Source: Candidatus Heimdallarchaeota archaeon (GTDB lineage: Archaea > Asgardarchaeota > Wukongarchaeia > Wukongarchaeales > JBHIFL01). From it: a stretch of DNA of 29,203 nt. The translations under genes and the position numbers were made by a program. The DNA lies in NCBI GenBank assembly GCA_046761065.1, contig JBHIFL010000050.1:1-29203 (forward strand), given 5' to 3'. The notes below the pieces were generated by a model that was given only the letters and a program-made list of their open reading frames with translations, was not told where the DNA came from and searched no databases. The stretch's first letter is position 1. Each line of letters opens with the position of its first letter. Positions 1 to 10,047 of the stretch are shown here, one piece after another.

Positions 1-383
1 GGAAAATATCGCTATAGATGCGTTCCCACGGTTCAACTTTTAGGGCAACAAGCTAAGTTACATTCTTGGGGGAGGTGATAATATTTTTTTTCAAAACTAG
101 AATTCTTCGAAAACACTAAAATTTTTTTAAAGAGTGTATTTCGGTCATTAATTGTTATCAAATAAAGAACTATTGATGAAATTGACAAATTGGTTCACAA
201 CTTTCCTTATACAGGTCCAAAACAATACCCTGATTTTCATTGGGAAAAATTAAAAATACATTGATAAAACAGGATAGTCGTCGATGGAGGCAGTCACATA
301 ATTGGGCACTAAGAAATTGAGTGATGATGACGAAAACAAACTTTGTAATATAGAAACTGACCAAAATTATAGGAAGTGTTCGG

Positions 384-752
384 ATGGAAGAAAGATCCAA
401 CAAACTAAGGGAAATCTTAGATGATCTAGATGCTACGGTTCCTGCAATTGAGGCAGTTGCAGTGGTCAGTATCGAGGGACTCCCTATTGAATCGAAACTA
501 CCCCCAAACATAGACGAAACGCGAGTGGCTGCGATGACGGCTGCGATGCTTTCCCTAGGAGAACGAGCGTCCTTAGAAGTAGGAAGAGGAGAGCTTGAAA
601 GGATCTTTGTAGAAAGCAAAGATGGGGTCATCATATTAATGGATGCTGGCCCAAATGCCGTATTATTCGTTTCAGCGAAGAAAAACGTCAAACTTGGTCT
701 AATTTTTTTAGACATGAAGCGTGCCGCAAGTCATATTGCTGAGTTTTTATGA
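384..752 (+). CDS. Roadblock/LC7 (MglB-like) domain protein
   Basis: 122 aa with the typical pattern AVVSIEGLPI...DETRVAAMTAAMLSLGER...GPNAVL...KLGLIFLDMKRAA. Confidence 0.9.
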   Translation: MEERSNKLREILDDLDATVPAIEAVAVVSIEGLPIESKLPPNIDETRVAAMTAAMLSLGERASLEVGRGELERIFVESKDGVIILMDAGPNAVLFVSAKKNVKLGLIFLDMKRAASHIAEFL

Positions 753-1092
753 TCTAATCAAGTATCAAGTAACTAAAGCATAATTTATTATACTGGTGAC
801 AATTTGTCAACTTTCACCTCAGAGTATTCGTTTTTCAATAAAGAATTCGATCCGCTTAAAAGAAATATATCAATTTGTAAGGTAAATTGATTAGAGGGAT
901 TTGAAGAACGATTACTAACTGAAAGGAGTTTTTTAATCTGTTATAAACTATATAATGACTCCCATTTTACAATAAATTCGGGAAAATATTAGAAACTACT
1001 TCAGAAGGAAATGTAGAAAAATTCTTTTTAAGAAAGGGATGAGAGTAAATAATACCAATTTTCTGAAGAGCAGAAGGAGGCTTCATGCCATA

Positions 1093-1884
1093 ATGATCCT
1101 TAGGTTAGACAAATTATTTGCTTGGTTTGTATCGAAAACATATGGATTATATGAATGGTATTTATGGAAACAAATTGAGGAGGGGCCTAAACCACGACAT
1201 ATTGGGCTCATTCTAGATGGTAACAGACGTTTTGCAGAGGTTCATGGCCTTAAAGCCTATTTGGGGCATGAGAAAGGTGCCGAAAAATTAGAAAATGTGT
1301 TGAAATGGTGTTGGGATATTGGGATCGAAATCGCAACAATTTATGCATTTTCCACAGAGAACTTCCAGAGATCCCCTGAAGAGGTCCGGGAGATCATGCG
1401 GATCATCGTTGAGTCGTTTGAAGAACTGTTGGAAGATGAACGGGTGCATAAAAATAAAGTAAAAGTCCGTGCAATTGGAAGACTTAATCTGTTACCAGAT
1501 TATGTTCAAAAAGCTATCCAAAAAGCGGAGGAAGAGACAAAAGACTATAATAATTACGTTTTGAATGTAGCAATCGGCTATGGAGGGCGGACAGAAATAC
1601 TCGATGCATTCCGAGCAATCGCAACAAAGATCCAAGAAGGAAAACTTGATACCAAAGACATCACTGAGAAGATAATAGAAGATCACCTTTACACAGCTGG
1701 TCTTCCGGATCCTGATCTTATTATCCGAACATCGGGAGAAGAGCGGCTTAGCGGATTCCTTCTGTGGCAAAGCGCCTATAGTGAACTATATTTTGTTGAA
1801 GCCTATTTTCCTGCTTTTCGTAAAATTGATTTCTGGCGGGCAATTAGGACCTTCCAACAACGAGATCGTCGTTTTGGAAAATGA
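1093..1884 (+). CDS. uppS: cis-prenyltransferase (polyprenyl/undecaprenyl diphosphate synthase)
   Basis: HIGLILDGNRR, YAFSTENFQR, IGYGGRTEI, PDLIIRTSGEERLSGFLLWQ motifs. Start may be 1039 or 1093; AAGGAGG lies at 1074-1080. Confidence 0.95.
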   Translation: MILRLDKLFAWFVSKTYGLYEWYLWKQIEEGPKPRHIGLILDGNRRFAEVHGLKAYLGHEKGAEKLENVLKWCWDIGIEIATIYAFSTENFQRSPEEVREIMRIIVESFEELLEDERVHKNKVKVRAIGRLNLLPDYVQKAIQKAEEETKDYNNYVLNVAIGYGGRTEILDAFRAIATKIQEGKLDTKDITEKIIEDHLYTAGLPDPDLIIRTSGEERLSGFLLWQSAYSELYFVEAYFPAFRKIDFWRAIRTFQQRDRRFGK

Positions 1885-2004
1885 ATCGAAAATGAAAAAT
1901 ACACAAATTATATCAAAAAGAGGCAAACACCAACATATGTTACAAACTAAAAAGATTTCCCCAACTTATCTATATTGCCTCTGCAAGTAGATGGGGGGAT
2001 TATC

Positions 2005-2472
2005 GTGCTTAGAAAACTAGGTCGGGCTCTTCGCGTATCCAAAGAAGGTGAAGAAGCAAATATTGCTTTAATCATCGATTCAGATCTTATTTTGGCGACC
2101 CACCAAGATCGAATTGGTAATATTCTCAGCGCGGCTAAAGAGCTCGGAAATGTCCGTATTTCAAAGATATTGTTAATCCAAGATGCTAACTCAAAAGAAA
2201 TGACCGAAAATGCGACGCGTCATGGTATTACTAGTGTGTTTGCACCCGGAGAAGATGTCAAAGTAATTTATTTAGCACTGGAAACCCTTGAAGCGGTACA
2301 TAATGATCAAATTGATACTATTGTTATTGGAACAGAAAATTCTGAGATTTTTCCTGTTTTGAGTGCCACAAAGGAGGGAGGAAAGCGAGTAGTAGTCATA
2401 GGTCGAGAAGATCGGATCAGTGAAGCATTGAGAAGTGTTGCGGACGAAGTTGTGTTCATGAACAACATATAG
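2005..2472 (+). CDS. NYN/LabA-DUF88 (TIGR00288-like) protein with degenerate acidic motifs
   Basis: IALIID, LGNVRISK, IDTIVIGT..SEIFPV..KEGGKRVVVIG..SEALRSVAD layout. GTG start at 2005 follows a G-rich SD; ORF open from 1975. Confidence 0.7.
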   Translation: MLRKLGRALRVSKEGEEANIALIIDSDLILATHQDRIGNILSAAKELGNVRISKILLIQDANSKEMTENATRHGITSVFAPGEDVKVIYLALETLEAVHNDQIDTIVIGTENSEIFPVLSATKEGGKRVVVIGREDRISEALRSVADEVVFMNNI

Positions 2473-2749
2473 GCATTTTCAGAGGAAATGAGAATCTGAC
2501 CTTAAATATTATTACAATTTTCTTTTTTAAACAACGAATTTAATTGAGGGGTTTTTAGGTACTCCCCTATCTTCAAAAAATTTGCAGGGTTTTATGTGGA
2601 ATTACGATTATTTCAGTTTAAGCCGTGCCTATAGTGATATTCATCTTTTCTGATAACTTTAACTTGTGCTGGTATAACATTTGGCAATTTTATAAATAAA
2701 ACGGATATCCCTTCCCAAGATAGAAGTCTAAACGGGAAAAGAGCCGAAA

Positions 2750-3646
2750 TTACAGTAGACCTTTGTGAACGAGCAGTTTGAATTCATCTATTGTGAGTTT
2801 TTCACCTGTTTTCCATTTTTCAAAAGCTGATTCAGCAGTTTGATCAATTAATTTTCTCGTCGCAGCTGAACGCTTCTTCTTCAAGGCTCCCTTCACACCA
2901 GAAAGCTGTTCGCGACAAGATTTCACTAGTTTTAGTTTGTCAATGAACTTCTGGTGCATTAAATCAGCTTGTTCTTTGGCTTTAAGAAACTCTGTATGCT
3001 TTTCATCCGCAGCTTTTCTAATTTCGGTAGCTTTTTCAATAGGCTCAGTGAGCTTTTCACGAATTGCCCGGGATTCGGTCACAAGTTCAGGAATACGGGC
3101 TTTAATAAAGGCTATGCGAGCGCGTAACGCTCTGGCATTTTTCTGTTTCTTTCTTATTTCGCTTCGAAGGTTTTCTCGTTCCTCTGCAGGTTTGAGTTTC
3201 CTTTGGATTTTAGCAATTCGTTCGACATAGTTTCGTTCCTCCTCCATTTTCATTACTGTAGTTTGAAGTTTCCACTCAAGATCACGTTGTTCGCGGCGCA
3301 AGCTGTGATATGGTATGCTAATGCTAGGATCACCTTTCATTTTTTCAAATTCTTCGTGGAGGGGAATAAGTTCCTCGCGAATTCGGGCGAGTTCCTCAAA
3401 ATTTGCTTCTTTTTCTAATCGCAAGCGAGTTAATTCGTTGGAGATTTCATGATCTCTATTTTTCATACTCCGAATTCTTTGGAAAAATTCACTTGCTTTT
3501 TGATTGAGTTCATTTCGTTCCCGTGCTAAGCGTGAGGTTCGTTCATTCATTTCATCTCTTGCACGTTGATATTCTCTTGCTTCAGCTTCGATTTCCGCTA
3601 GTTCCATAGAATATTTTTCAATAAGTGTTAATTCTGTCTCTGGCAA
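2750..3646 (-). CDS. Archaeal coiled-coil protein (COG1340-like)
   Basis: Heptad-rich E/K/R sequence, LEWKLQTT, AD.MHQKF, and C-terminal AFEKWKTGEKLTIDEF. Confidence 0.8.
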   Translation of the reverse strand: MPETELTLIEKYSMELAEIEAEAREYQRARDEMNERTSRLARERNELNQKASEFFQRIRSMKNRDHEISNELTRLRLEKEANFEELARIREELIPLHEEFEKMKGDPSISIPYHSLRREQRDLEWKLQTTVMKMEEERNYVERIAKIQRKLKPAEERENLRSEIRKKQKNARALRARIAFIKARIPELVTESRAIREKLTEPIEKATEIRKAADEKHTEFLKAKEQADLMHQKFIDKLKLVKSCREQLSGVKGALKKKRSAATRKLIDQTAESAFEKWKTGEKLTIDEFKLLVHKGLL

Positions 3647-4047
3647 GGATTTACAACCCCAACCATGTGTAATTAGAGTGCTTAAACTTATGCATGCTTA
3701 ATGATTTCAGGACTTTGATCAAAGCTATTAAGATTTTCAATACACTATACCAACAATTCAAGCCCATAAGGAGCTCTTCATGGGGCTTTCTTATCAGCAC
3801 CTAATCTTCTTGACAACTCGGTTTTACGTGATTATTCTTAGGAACGATACCTAAGACGAGCCCATCAGAAGAGCGTAAGTGACAGTAAGTGGGACAAAAG
3901 GAAAGTTCCCAATTAACCGTCAATGTTCCAAGTAATCGTCAGTCACTTGAGGGCTTTAAATTCTTCGGGAGTAACATACAGTGGGAGTATCATATGTAAG
4001 CCTTTGTGTCTTAACGAAATCGGTGGAATCGTAGTATTTACAAATTG

Positions 4048-5133
4048 TTAAGATAGACCACAAGGAAGGATATATTCACTATCCATTCTCCCTGAACCTA
4101 CAAGCAGCCGATACCATGTTTCATTTTGTTTTACGTCATCAACTCGTTCCAATTTTCCTTTGGCTATAACGGTTTCCCCCTCTTTTGCAACATTCGCAAA
4201 AAAATTCTCCCACGATATTAGCATTCGTACATTTGAAACTTTTGCCCCCCCTAGAAAGCGTTGTACAGAGATCCCATAGATTGCAGGATTGAAATAGGAA
4301 TTTTGAATATCTGTGATTTTTGCAATCAATGTTGCTATCCCACTGTCATGATAGATCCTATCTCCATAATTTTCATCGAATTCCTCAGATTTTCTAACAG
4401 GAAGGATGGAAAATCGTGTTCCTTCGAAAACCCCCTTATTCCAATGTCGATCGATCAGACACTTTACCATATTCTGATTTAAGCCAAATAGCTTCGCTTT
4501 CCGGTGTACAATTTCTTTTAGTTCTTTTTTTGCTAGGGGTTGGAAGTAATGGTGTTCAGATACAAGAGATGGCAGTTCCTCTGAGAGATGTTTTGCGTTT
4601 TCTCGACCAAAAATAATAAGGTCAATATCTGAATAGGTAGTATGGTGTATTTGGAGTGCCACTGATCCCGTTATCCCAAAATCTACTTGTCTAAAATCGA
4701 AGTGGTCCATTAATATTTGAGATATTTTGATAATTTTTTCCTCAAGTCGATCATGCTTTTCCTTGCGGATAAGATGCTTAAATTCGAGGTTTGAAAAATA
4801 CTCTTTTTGAATTTTCTTACAGGGAACAGCACTCATTAGTATGTTATTTATCGGGCATCTGAAAAGATATTCTGGGTGGTTCTCTTCAAGGAATTTGAAG
4901 GTTTTCATTACATTTATCGCCGAATATTCAGGTATCACTCTTTGGAAGTGAGTATTACCCTTTTTCCAGATTCCAGTTTCTATATCATCACTCGGAAGGT
5001 ATTTTAAATAAGCGAAAATCCTATTAGGAGGGTGAACATAACCAACGGCGGTAAAAAAGAAGCTTTCAAGGGTCTCCAGCATGTCTCGATCCCGGATCTC
5101 CTTTCGCCCTCCGATGTGGAAAGAGGTAGTCAT
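4048..5133 (-). CDS. Archaeal predicted nucleotidyltransferase (COG1665-like), paralog 2
   Basis: HPPNRIFAYLKY; Pol-beta-like GITGS...SDIDLIIFG; OB-like C-terminus AKGKLE; ATGA overlap with paralog 1. Confidence 0.8.
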   Translation of the reverse strand: MTTSFHIGGRKEIRDRDMLETLESFFFTAVGYVHPPNRIFAYLKYLPSDDIETGIWKKGNTHFQRVIPEYSAINVMKTFKFLEENHPEYLFRCPINNILMSAVPCKKIQKEYFSNLEFKHLIRKEKHDRLEEKIIKISQILMDHFDFRQVDFGITGSVALQIHHTTYSDIDLIIFGRENAKHLSEELPSLVSEHHYFQPLAKKELKEIVHRKAKLFGLNQNMVKCLIDRHWNKGVFEGTRFSILPVRKSEEFDENYGDRIYHDSGIATLIAKITDIQNSYFNPAIYGISVQRFLGGAKVSNVRMLISWENFFANVAKEGETVIAKGKLERVDDVKQNETWYRLLVGSGRMDSEYILPCGLS

Positions 5134-6188
5134 TCTTCAATCACCATGAAATCCCTGCGATCCCGACCTAAAAGCACTCGATACCATTTCCGTCCTGTTT
5201 TTTGATCAGTTATTTGCTCTAATTTCCCCTGAACACGCACTTGTTCCCCGATTCGCGCAGCATCACAGAATCTACCGCGAAAAGATTCGATAGTCTCAAT
5301 GTTGATGTTAAGCTGAGGTGGTGAAAGAATAATAACATCTTCGATATCATATATACATGGGGTAAAGAAGCGTTTTGAATCATTAGCAATTCTCGCCTTA
5401 AGAACAACGTCACCACAATCTTGAAAACATTGATCCCCAAAATTCAACCCAGTATCTTCGGGTTTACAAACAAGTCTGATGTAAAAATCGTACCCTTTGT
5501 ACAATCCTTGTAGAACTTTTTTGGTTTCAACCCGAACAAAGTCGTTGAAAGATATTGGAGTAGAAATTGAGCGAAATCGATATAGTTTTCGCAAGTCTAG
5601 ATCGCGATAAAAGGATAAGCCTTCAATCCTTGCCGTTTGAGTATATAATTTAGTCATTAAATCATAAACTCTTCTCCCCTCAATACTCCCATACACTACA
5701 AGGTCGATATCGGAGTGCTTTGTGTGTAAATCTACTAGAACAGATCCTGAAACCCCCATATTCATTGGAGGTATCTTTGCTTCTGAACATATAGCTTGAC
5801 CCAGATCTAAACAGTATTTTGAGAGTGGATCTAAGTCAGCGCTAATGCTTTGTGCAATCTTTTGGAATTTCTCAATGGGGTCATGAATTTGTAGGATTTG
5901 TTCATGCGGGACAGCTTGGATTGTGACCCCCAAACACTTGCTCGGATATAGATACCACGGATACCTTCTTCTCAGCTCTTTCTCGCGTTCTTCGAGCATA
6001 TAAACTTTGATATAACTCTTCCGCCTTTCTTTAAAGGCATTTTTCTCGACAAGGAAATCTGGAATGTATCTTAAGTATGCAATAACACGATCTGGAGGGT
6101 GAATCACGCCCTTTACGTCAAAGATAAGGCCTTCTTTTGTAGTCAAAAAAAAGCCCTCAATGGGCTGTTTACGTATAAAAGTGCTCAA
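5130..6188 (-). CDS. Archaeal predicted nucleotidyltransferase (COG1665-like), paralog 1
   Basis: HPPDRVIAYLRY; GVSGS...SDIDLVVYG; VQGKLE; starts 6 bp after the DHPS-like gene. Confidence 0.8.
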   Translation of the reverse strand: MSTFIRKQPIEGFFLTTKEGLIFDVKGVIHPPDRVIAYLRYIPDFLVEKNAFKERRKSYIKVYMLEEREKELRRRYPWYLYPSKCLGVTIQAVPHEQILQIHDPIEKFQKIAQSISADLDPLSKYCLDLGQAICSEAKIPPMNMGVSGSVLVDLHTKHSDIDLVVYGSIEGRRVYDLMTKLYTQTARIEGLSFYRDLDLRKLYRFRSISTPISFNDFVRVETKKVLQGLYKGYDFYIRLVCKPEDTGLNFGDQCFQDCGDVVLKARIANDSKRFFTPCIYDIEDVIILSPPQLNINIETIESFRGRFCDAARIGEQVRVQGKLEQITDQKTGRKWYRVLLGRDRRDFMVIEE

Positions 6189-6194
6189 TTTTCC

Positions 6195-7778
6195 TCAGCC
6201 AGTGGTAAATGGGTCTTCATCTTGGTAGTATTCCTTCCCTAAACTGAGATAAACCTCTGCTTTTTTTAATTCACTTCCTAGATAACAAGCATGTTTATAA
6301 TTATCTACAAGTTTACGTTCTAAAATCTCTAAACAAATCTCTTGTGCTTTTTTTCCTTTGAACCCAAGTCCTCTTCGACCAGATTTCGAAAAATGCTCAA
6401 CTATTATTGCTTTGTCGTTATAGTCCAAAAAGATCCTGAAATATCCTTTTTTATCCCTTTCTGTAAACTTACGTTTCTTTTGAACTTCAATTCGATCTAT
6501 TTTCTCGCCTATTAAACCCTCTATATCTTTTCTTCGTTTACTTTTTGCGATGAGCAGATCTATGCCCAGATCTTTTGGGGGCATATTTCTCTGCTTTGCA
6601 AAAAACGCCATTTTTGCACTATGAGCAGTTTCAAAAATGGTATTACGTGTTTTAATACTTGCTTCCGTCGTTAAAAATATGTTAATATCCAACTCGATCC
6701 CAAGTGATGTCATAACTCCATTTATTCCACCACTGTCGAAATCTGCAAATTCTGTGACATTTCCAATCCCCATACAAAGAGGGACTAATGGATGTTCTCT
6801 TCGAAAGGTAGAATATGCTGTAAGGGAGTTTAGGAGCCCAGGATAAATCATTGACTCCAGAATAAGGTCTCCTACTATCTTTTTATATCCAAGCTGACGA
6901 GCCGCGATAATATTGCAATGCAATTGCTTTACTCTTGATCTGGGGTCCGCGGGAACATTTCCAGCCTGTTTATCAGTCGGGAGAACAATAACCCCGACCT
7001 CCTTACAGGCTGAAACAACAGCCTCCATGTTTCGCCCGTCGATGCTAAACACAAGTTCAGCACCAGCGTCTACACCGGCTTCAATCTCAGAAGGATGTAT
7101 GCTATCAATTGAGACTAGTGCATCCAGACTTTCCAGCCTATCCCGAACAGTAGTAACGATCTTACCTATTTCCTTAGGGTGTTCTTCCCCTACTAGAGCA
7201 CCAATGTCGATGATTTTTGCTCCAGCTCTTACATATCTTACTGCACGCGCCAAGACTTTTTGAATAGGGAGTTCCAGAGCATCGGTAATTTCTGCTACAA
7301 TTACCGGTGGAAATCCCACCCCAACTGGAATACAAATATCGCTAGTCCCTAGATAAAACGTATGATCATTAATTTTTCTGATTTCTTTTTTGAATGTATC
7401 GAAAAAATGTTCAAATGTTTCTTTTTTTAGATCTTCCATTACTAAATCGGCGGCTTTTTTAGATGAAAGTTTTATATCACCAAGTAGAACATGATTCAAT
7501 ACTTCTGGTAAATCAAATGCATAACGTGGTCCTTTTACAATCTCCAAGTTTAAGGTTTTTGAGATTCGTGAGAAATCCCCATAGGCCATCCCAGGAACCA
7601 TTACAAGGTCTGATCCAACAAAGCGTTGACGATGTTCGCTGATAAGTTTAGGACTGATGAAAGCAGCCACCGAGACTGGGAGAACTTGGACGATAACTCC
7701 ATAAATATTCTTAATTTGGGCTTTAACAATTTCTGCAGCACAAATTCCTGTAACTACACAGATTTTTCCTGGTTTCAT
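6195..7778 (-). CDS. Dihydropteroate synthase-like protein (TIGR00284/Orf20-type) with C-terminal DUF4346
   Basis: VAEI, GAKIIDIG, VSIDS, GIGNVTE..DFDS pterin-binding barrel motifs; C-terminal DKKGYFRI...HACYLGSELKKAE...YYQDE. Confidence 0.9.
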   Translation of the reverse strand: MKPGKICVVTGICAAEIVKAQIKNIYGVIVQVLPVSVAAFISPKLISEHRQRFVGSDLVMVPGMAYGDFSRISKTLNLEIVKGPRYAFDLPEVLNHVLLGDIKLSSKKAADLVMEDLKKETFEHFFDTFKKEIRKINDHTFYLGTSDICIPVGVGFPPVIVAEITDALELPIQKVLARAVRYVRAGAKIIDIGALVGEEHPKEIGKIVTTVRDRLESLDALVSIDSIHPSEIEAGVDAGAELVFSIDGRNMEAVVSACKEVGVIVLPTDKQAGNVPADPRSRVKQLHCNIIAARQLGYKKIVGDLILESMIYPGLLNSLTAYSTFRREHPLVPLCMGIGNVTEFADFDSGGINGVMTSLGIELDINIFLTTEASIKTRNTIFETAHSAKMAFFAKQRNMPPKDLGIDLLIAKSKRRKDIEGLIGEKIDRIEVQKKRKFTERDKKGYFRIFLDYNDKAIIVEHFSKSGRRGLGFKGKKAQEICLEILERKLVDNYKHACYLGSELKKAEVYLSLGKEYYQDEDPFTTG

Positions 7779-7942
7779 GAGATTTCACCAATTTGGTAGA
7801 AGGATCTATGCATTGAAACTTTTCAAATCGATTCTTTAAATGAAACCATTTCAAAATAAGCGTGTTTAATAGGTGAAAAGTATAAAGTCGGGTCTTTCCT
7901 TCAATATAGTTGAATTGAAACTTGTTCCTGATAATTCTTCAC

Positions 7943-9022
7943 TCAAATACTAGCTTCAGATTGGATATTAATTTTCAGCTCTTCTTTCATGCTAATATAA
8001 TCAAGACATGTGCCAAAGGCTCTTCTTAACTCAAGGATATCCACAAGAGGCGCATTTTCTCCGCCTATTATTCCATCCGCAATATAAGCTGCTCCAAGAG
8101 CTGTTTCTTTAACAGTATAAAATTGAGACAATGATATAAATTGAAGAGATAGTGATTTTCCGGTCATTTTTTGAAGTGTTGTATGAAATACTGGATTCGT
8201 TGCAAGGCTTCCAGATAGCACAACATAATCAGGGGTGCAGGATAGGGAAACAGAAATTATATCCTTCGCTGTTTCTTCTACAAGACCCCGCCACCCCTTT
8301 CTATGTTTTCGATCATCTACGAATTCTTGATTTACTTGAGTTGGCTCTATCAAGGCTCCAATGATATCAAGAAATCCCCCATGATAAAGGGAATGCTTCT
8401 GAAAATTCTTTAAGAGGTAACATAGTTCCCCGTCCATGCCTCCTCGAGCTCTAAACCCCATACACCCTTCCGCACCTCCGATCCCGTCGACAATCATTCC
8501 AGATTGAATTCCAATTACCGCAGTAAAGGCCGAACCTGCCTCGACTAAAATAAAATTACATTCATCATAGGTCAGGTTCCATTGATCTGAGAGGGTTTTA
8601 AGCGCAACCGCGACACTACATACTTTATCAGGAGTCCCCATATCAATTCGATTTAATTTTCGATGCTTAGGCACAGTCGATAAGTGGATGACACCTGGAA
8701 GAACGAATCCAGGAATCTCAGCAGCTTTCAAGTTGGTTAGGACCTCAGTTAAGCCAAGAACGCGGTTCTCACCAGGGTGTTTTAATGTTAAAAGTGCCAA
8801 GTCCTGTTCAGTCAACGTGGACAACTGTTTCAGGGGGAGACCATATCCCGAAGGAATAACCACCGTTTGAACATTCTTATAGGTTTCAATGTATTCATAA
8901 ATCGTTTTTGGTCGTTCTTTAACATGCTTAGAAGGAATCCTAATTTCATGAAATGAAAGTTCATCATCAAGTACAACAATGCTCCAAGATCTGGAACCTG
9001 GATCCACTCCAATAACAGTCAC
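7943..9022 (-). CDS. DUF1464 family ASKHA (butyrate kinase-like) protein
   Basis: IGVDPGSRS, PSGYGLP, PGVIHLSTVP.HRKLNRIDMGTPDKV, IVDGIGG; GTGA overlap with mptG. Confidence 0.85.
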   Translation of the reverse strand: MTVIGVDPGSRSWSIVVLDDELSFHEIRIPSKHVKERPKTIYEYIETYKNVQTVVIPSGYGLPLKQLSTLTEQDLALLTLKHPGENRVLGLTEVLTNLKAAEIPGFVLPGVIHLSTVPKHRKLNRIDMGTPDKVCSVAVALKTLSDQWNLTYDECNFILVEAGSAFTAVIGIQSGMIVDGIGGAEGCMGFRARGGMDGELCYLLKNFQKHSLYHGGFLDIIGALIEPTQVNQEFVDDRKHRKGWRGLVEETAKDIISVSLSCTPDYVVLSGSLATNPVFHTTLQKMTGKSLSLQFISLSQFYTVKETALGAAYIADGIIGGENAPLVDILELRRAFGTCLDYISMKEELKINIQSEASI

Positions 9023-10047
9023 TCTTTCACCTCTATCGTAGCCCCATCATTATTAACACGCGAGGTTAAGACTTCTCCAGTAATATTTTCTTCTTCAAGA
9101 GTTGCTTGCATCGCTTTCTTCACATCATCCACTTTTCTTTGTCCAGAGACAAGGGCATAGGTAGTTGGGCCAAAACTACTCATTCCTGACCCAGTAGCCC
9201 CAGTTGCAAGAGCCATCTCCATGAGCTTGCCAATGATCTTATGTTGAAGCTCGATTTCAATTTTTTTGAACCCTAATTGTTGAATCGCGGTTAATGCCGT
9301 CCCAACCGTATAAATATCCAACTCGACTATTCCGGGCAAAAGTTGCATTAAGATAATTCGTGAGAGCTTCTCAACTTCTTTTTCAGGAATTGGGCAATAT
9401 TTTTGGAAAATATCTACTTCTCGAGTACCATGGGCCCCTTTCTCGATTTGAGGGAGAGTGATCACAAAAACCCAATCTCGAGGTACCTCATGGCGAATCA
9501 AGATTGGCGCAGGAGGGGCTCGAGCTGCTCGACTTGGAAGAAAGTTGCTTTTTTGTTTCCCCAGACCAAAAGAATGGCCTGCATCAAGAATAAACCCACC
9601 GTGTTCAAAAGCGGCGATTCCAATTCCCGATGTTCCTCCTCGCCACATCACTTTTGCAATCTCTCTAACTGTATAATTAAGGTTCAAAAGTCGATTTAAC
9701 GTCATTCCAAGTGCTAAAGAAAGCTGAGTCATACTCCCCATACCCACATGTCTTGGGATCATCTTCAAAACATCGATTTCTAGGTTGATCCTTTCATGTT
9801 TTCGAGTATATTTATTGTAATGACCCTTTGCATCAATTACATTCTTAAAAAAGCGGTCAACAAGAGAGTAGATTAGATCCAAGGCTGCCCCTCTAACAGT
9901 GAATTGCTCCTCGGATGGCTGTACTTTCAGACTGATATGAGGGTCCTCGAGAGCAACTCCTATTCCTCCATCTATTCGGCCTACGCCTCCATGTAGATCA
10001 ATCAGAGTCCAATGAAGCCGAGAGGGAGTTTTAACTCTCACCTGCAT
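9019..10047 (-). CDS. mptG: beta-ribofuranosylaminobenzene 5'-phosphate synthase (GHMP family)
   Basis: TPSRLH..LIDL, GRIDGGIG, HVGMGS.TQL, RGGTSGIG..AF..GGFILD.GH, GMSSFGPT. Confidence 0.92.
   Translation of the reverse strand: MQVRVKTPSRLHWTLIDLHGGVGRIDGGIGVALEDPHISLKVQPSEEQFTVRGAALDLIYSLVDRFFKNVIDAKGHYNKYTRKHERINLEIDVLKMIPRHVGMGSMTQLSLALGMTLNRLLNLNYTVREIAKVMWRGGTSGIGIAAFEHGGFILDAGHSFGLGKQKSNFLPSRAARAPPAPILIRHEVPRDWVFVITLPQIEKGAHGTREVDIFQKYCPIPEKEVEKLSRIILMQLLPGIVELDIYTVGTALTAIQQLGFKKIEIELQHKIIGKLMEMALATGATGSGMSSFGPTTYALVSGQRKVDDVKKAMQATLEEENITGEVLTSRVNNDGATIEVKE

Noticed and set aside
797-809. Palindrome TGACAATTTGTCA after the roadblock gene
   Set aside because: A single short palindrome with no clear second site; could arise by chance
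3865-3945. Hammerhead ribozyme core
   Set aside because: CUGACGA lacks a following stem II and GAAA; the plus-strand look-alike has mismatches at invariant positions
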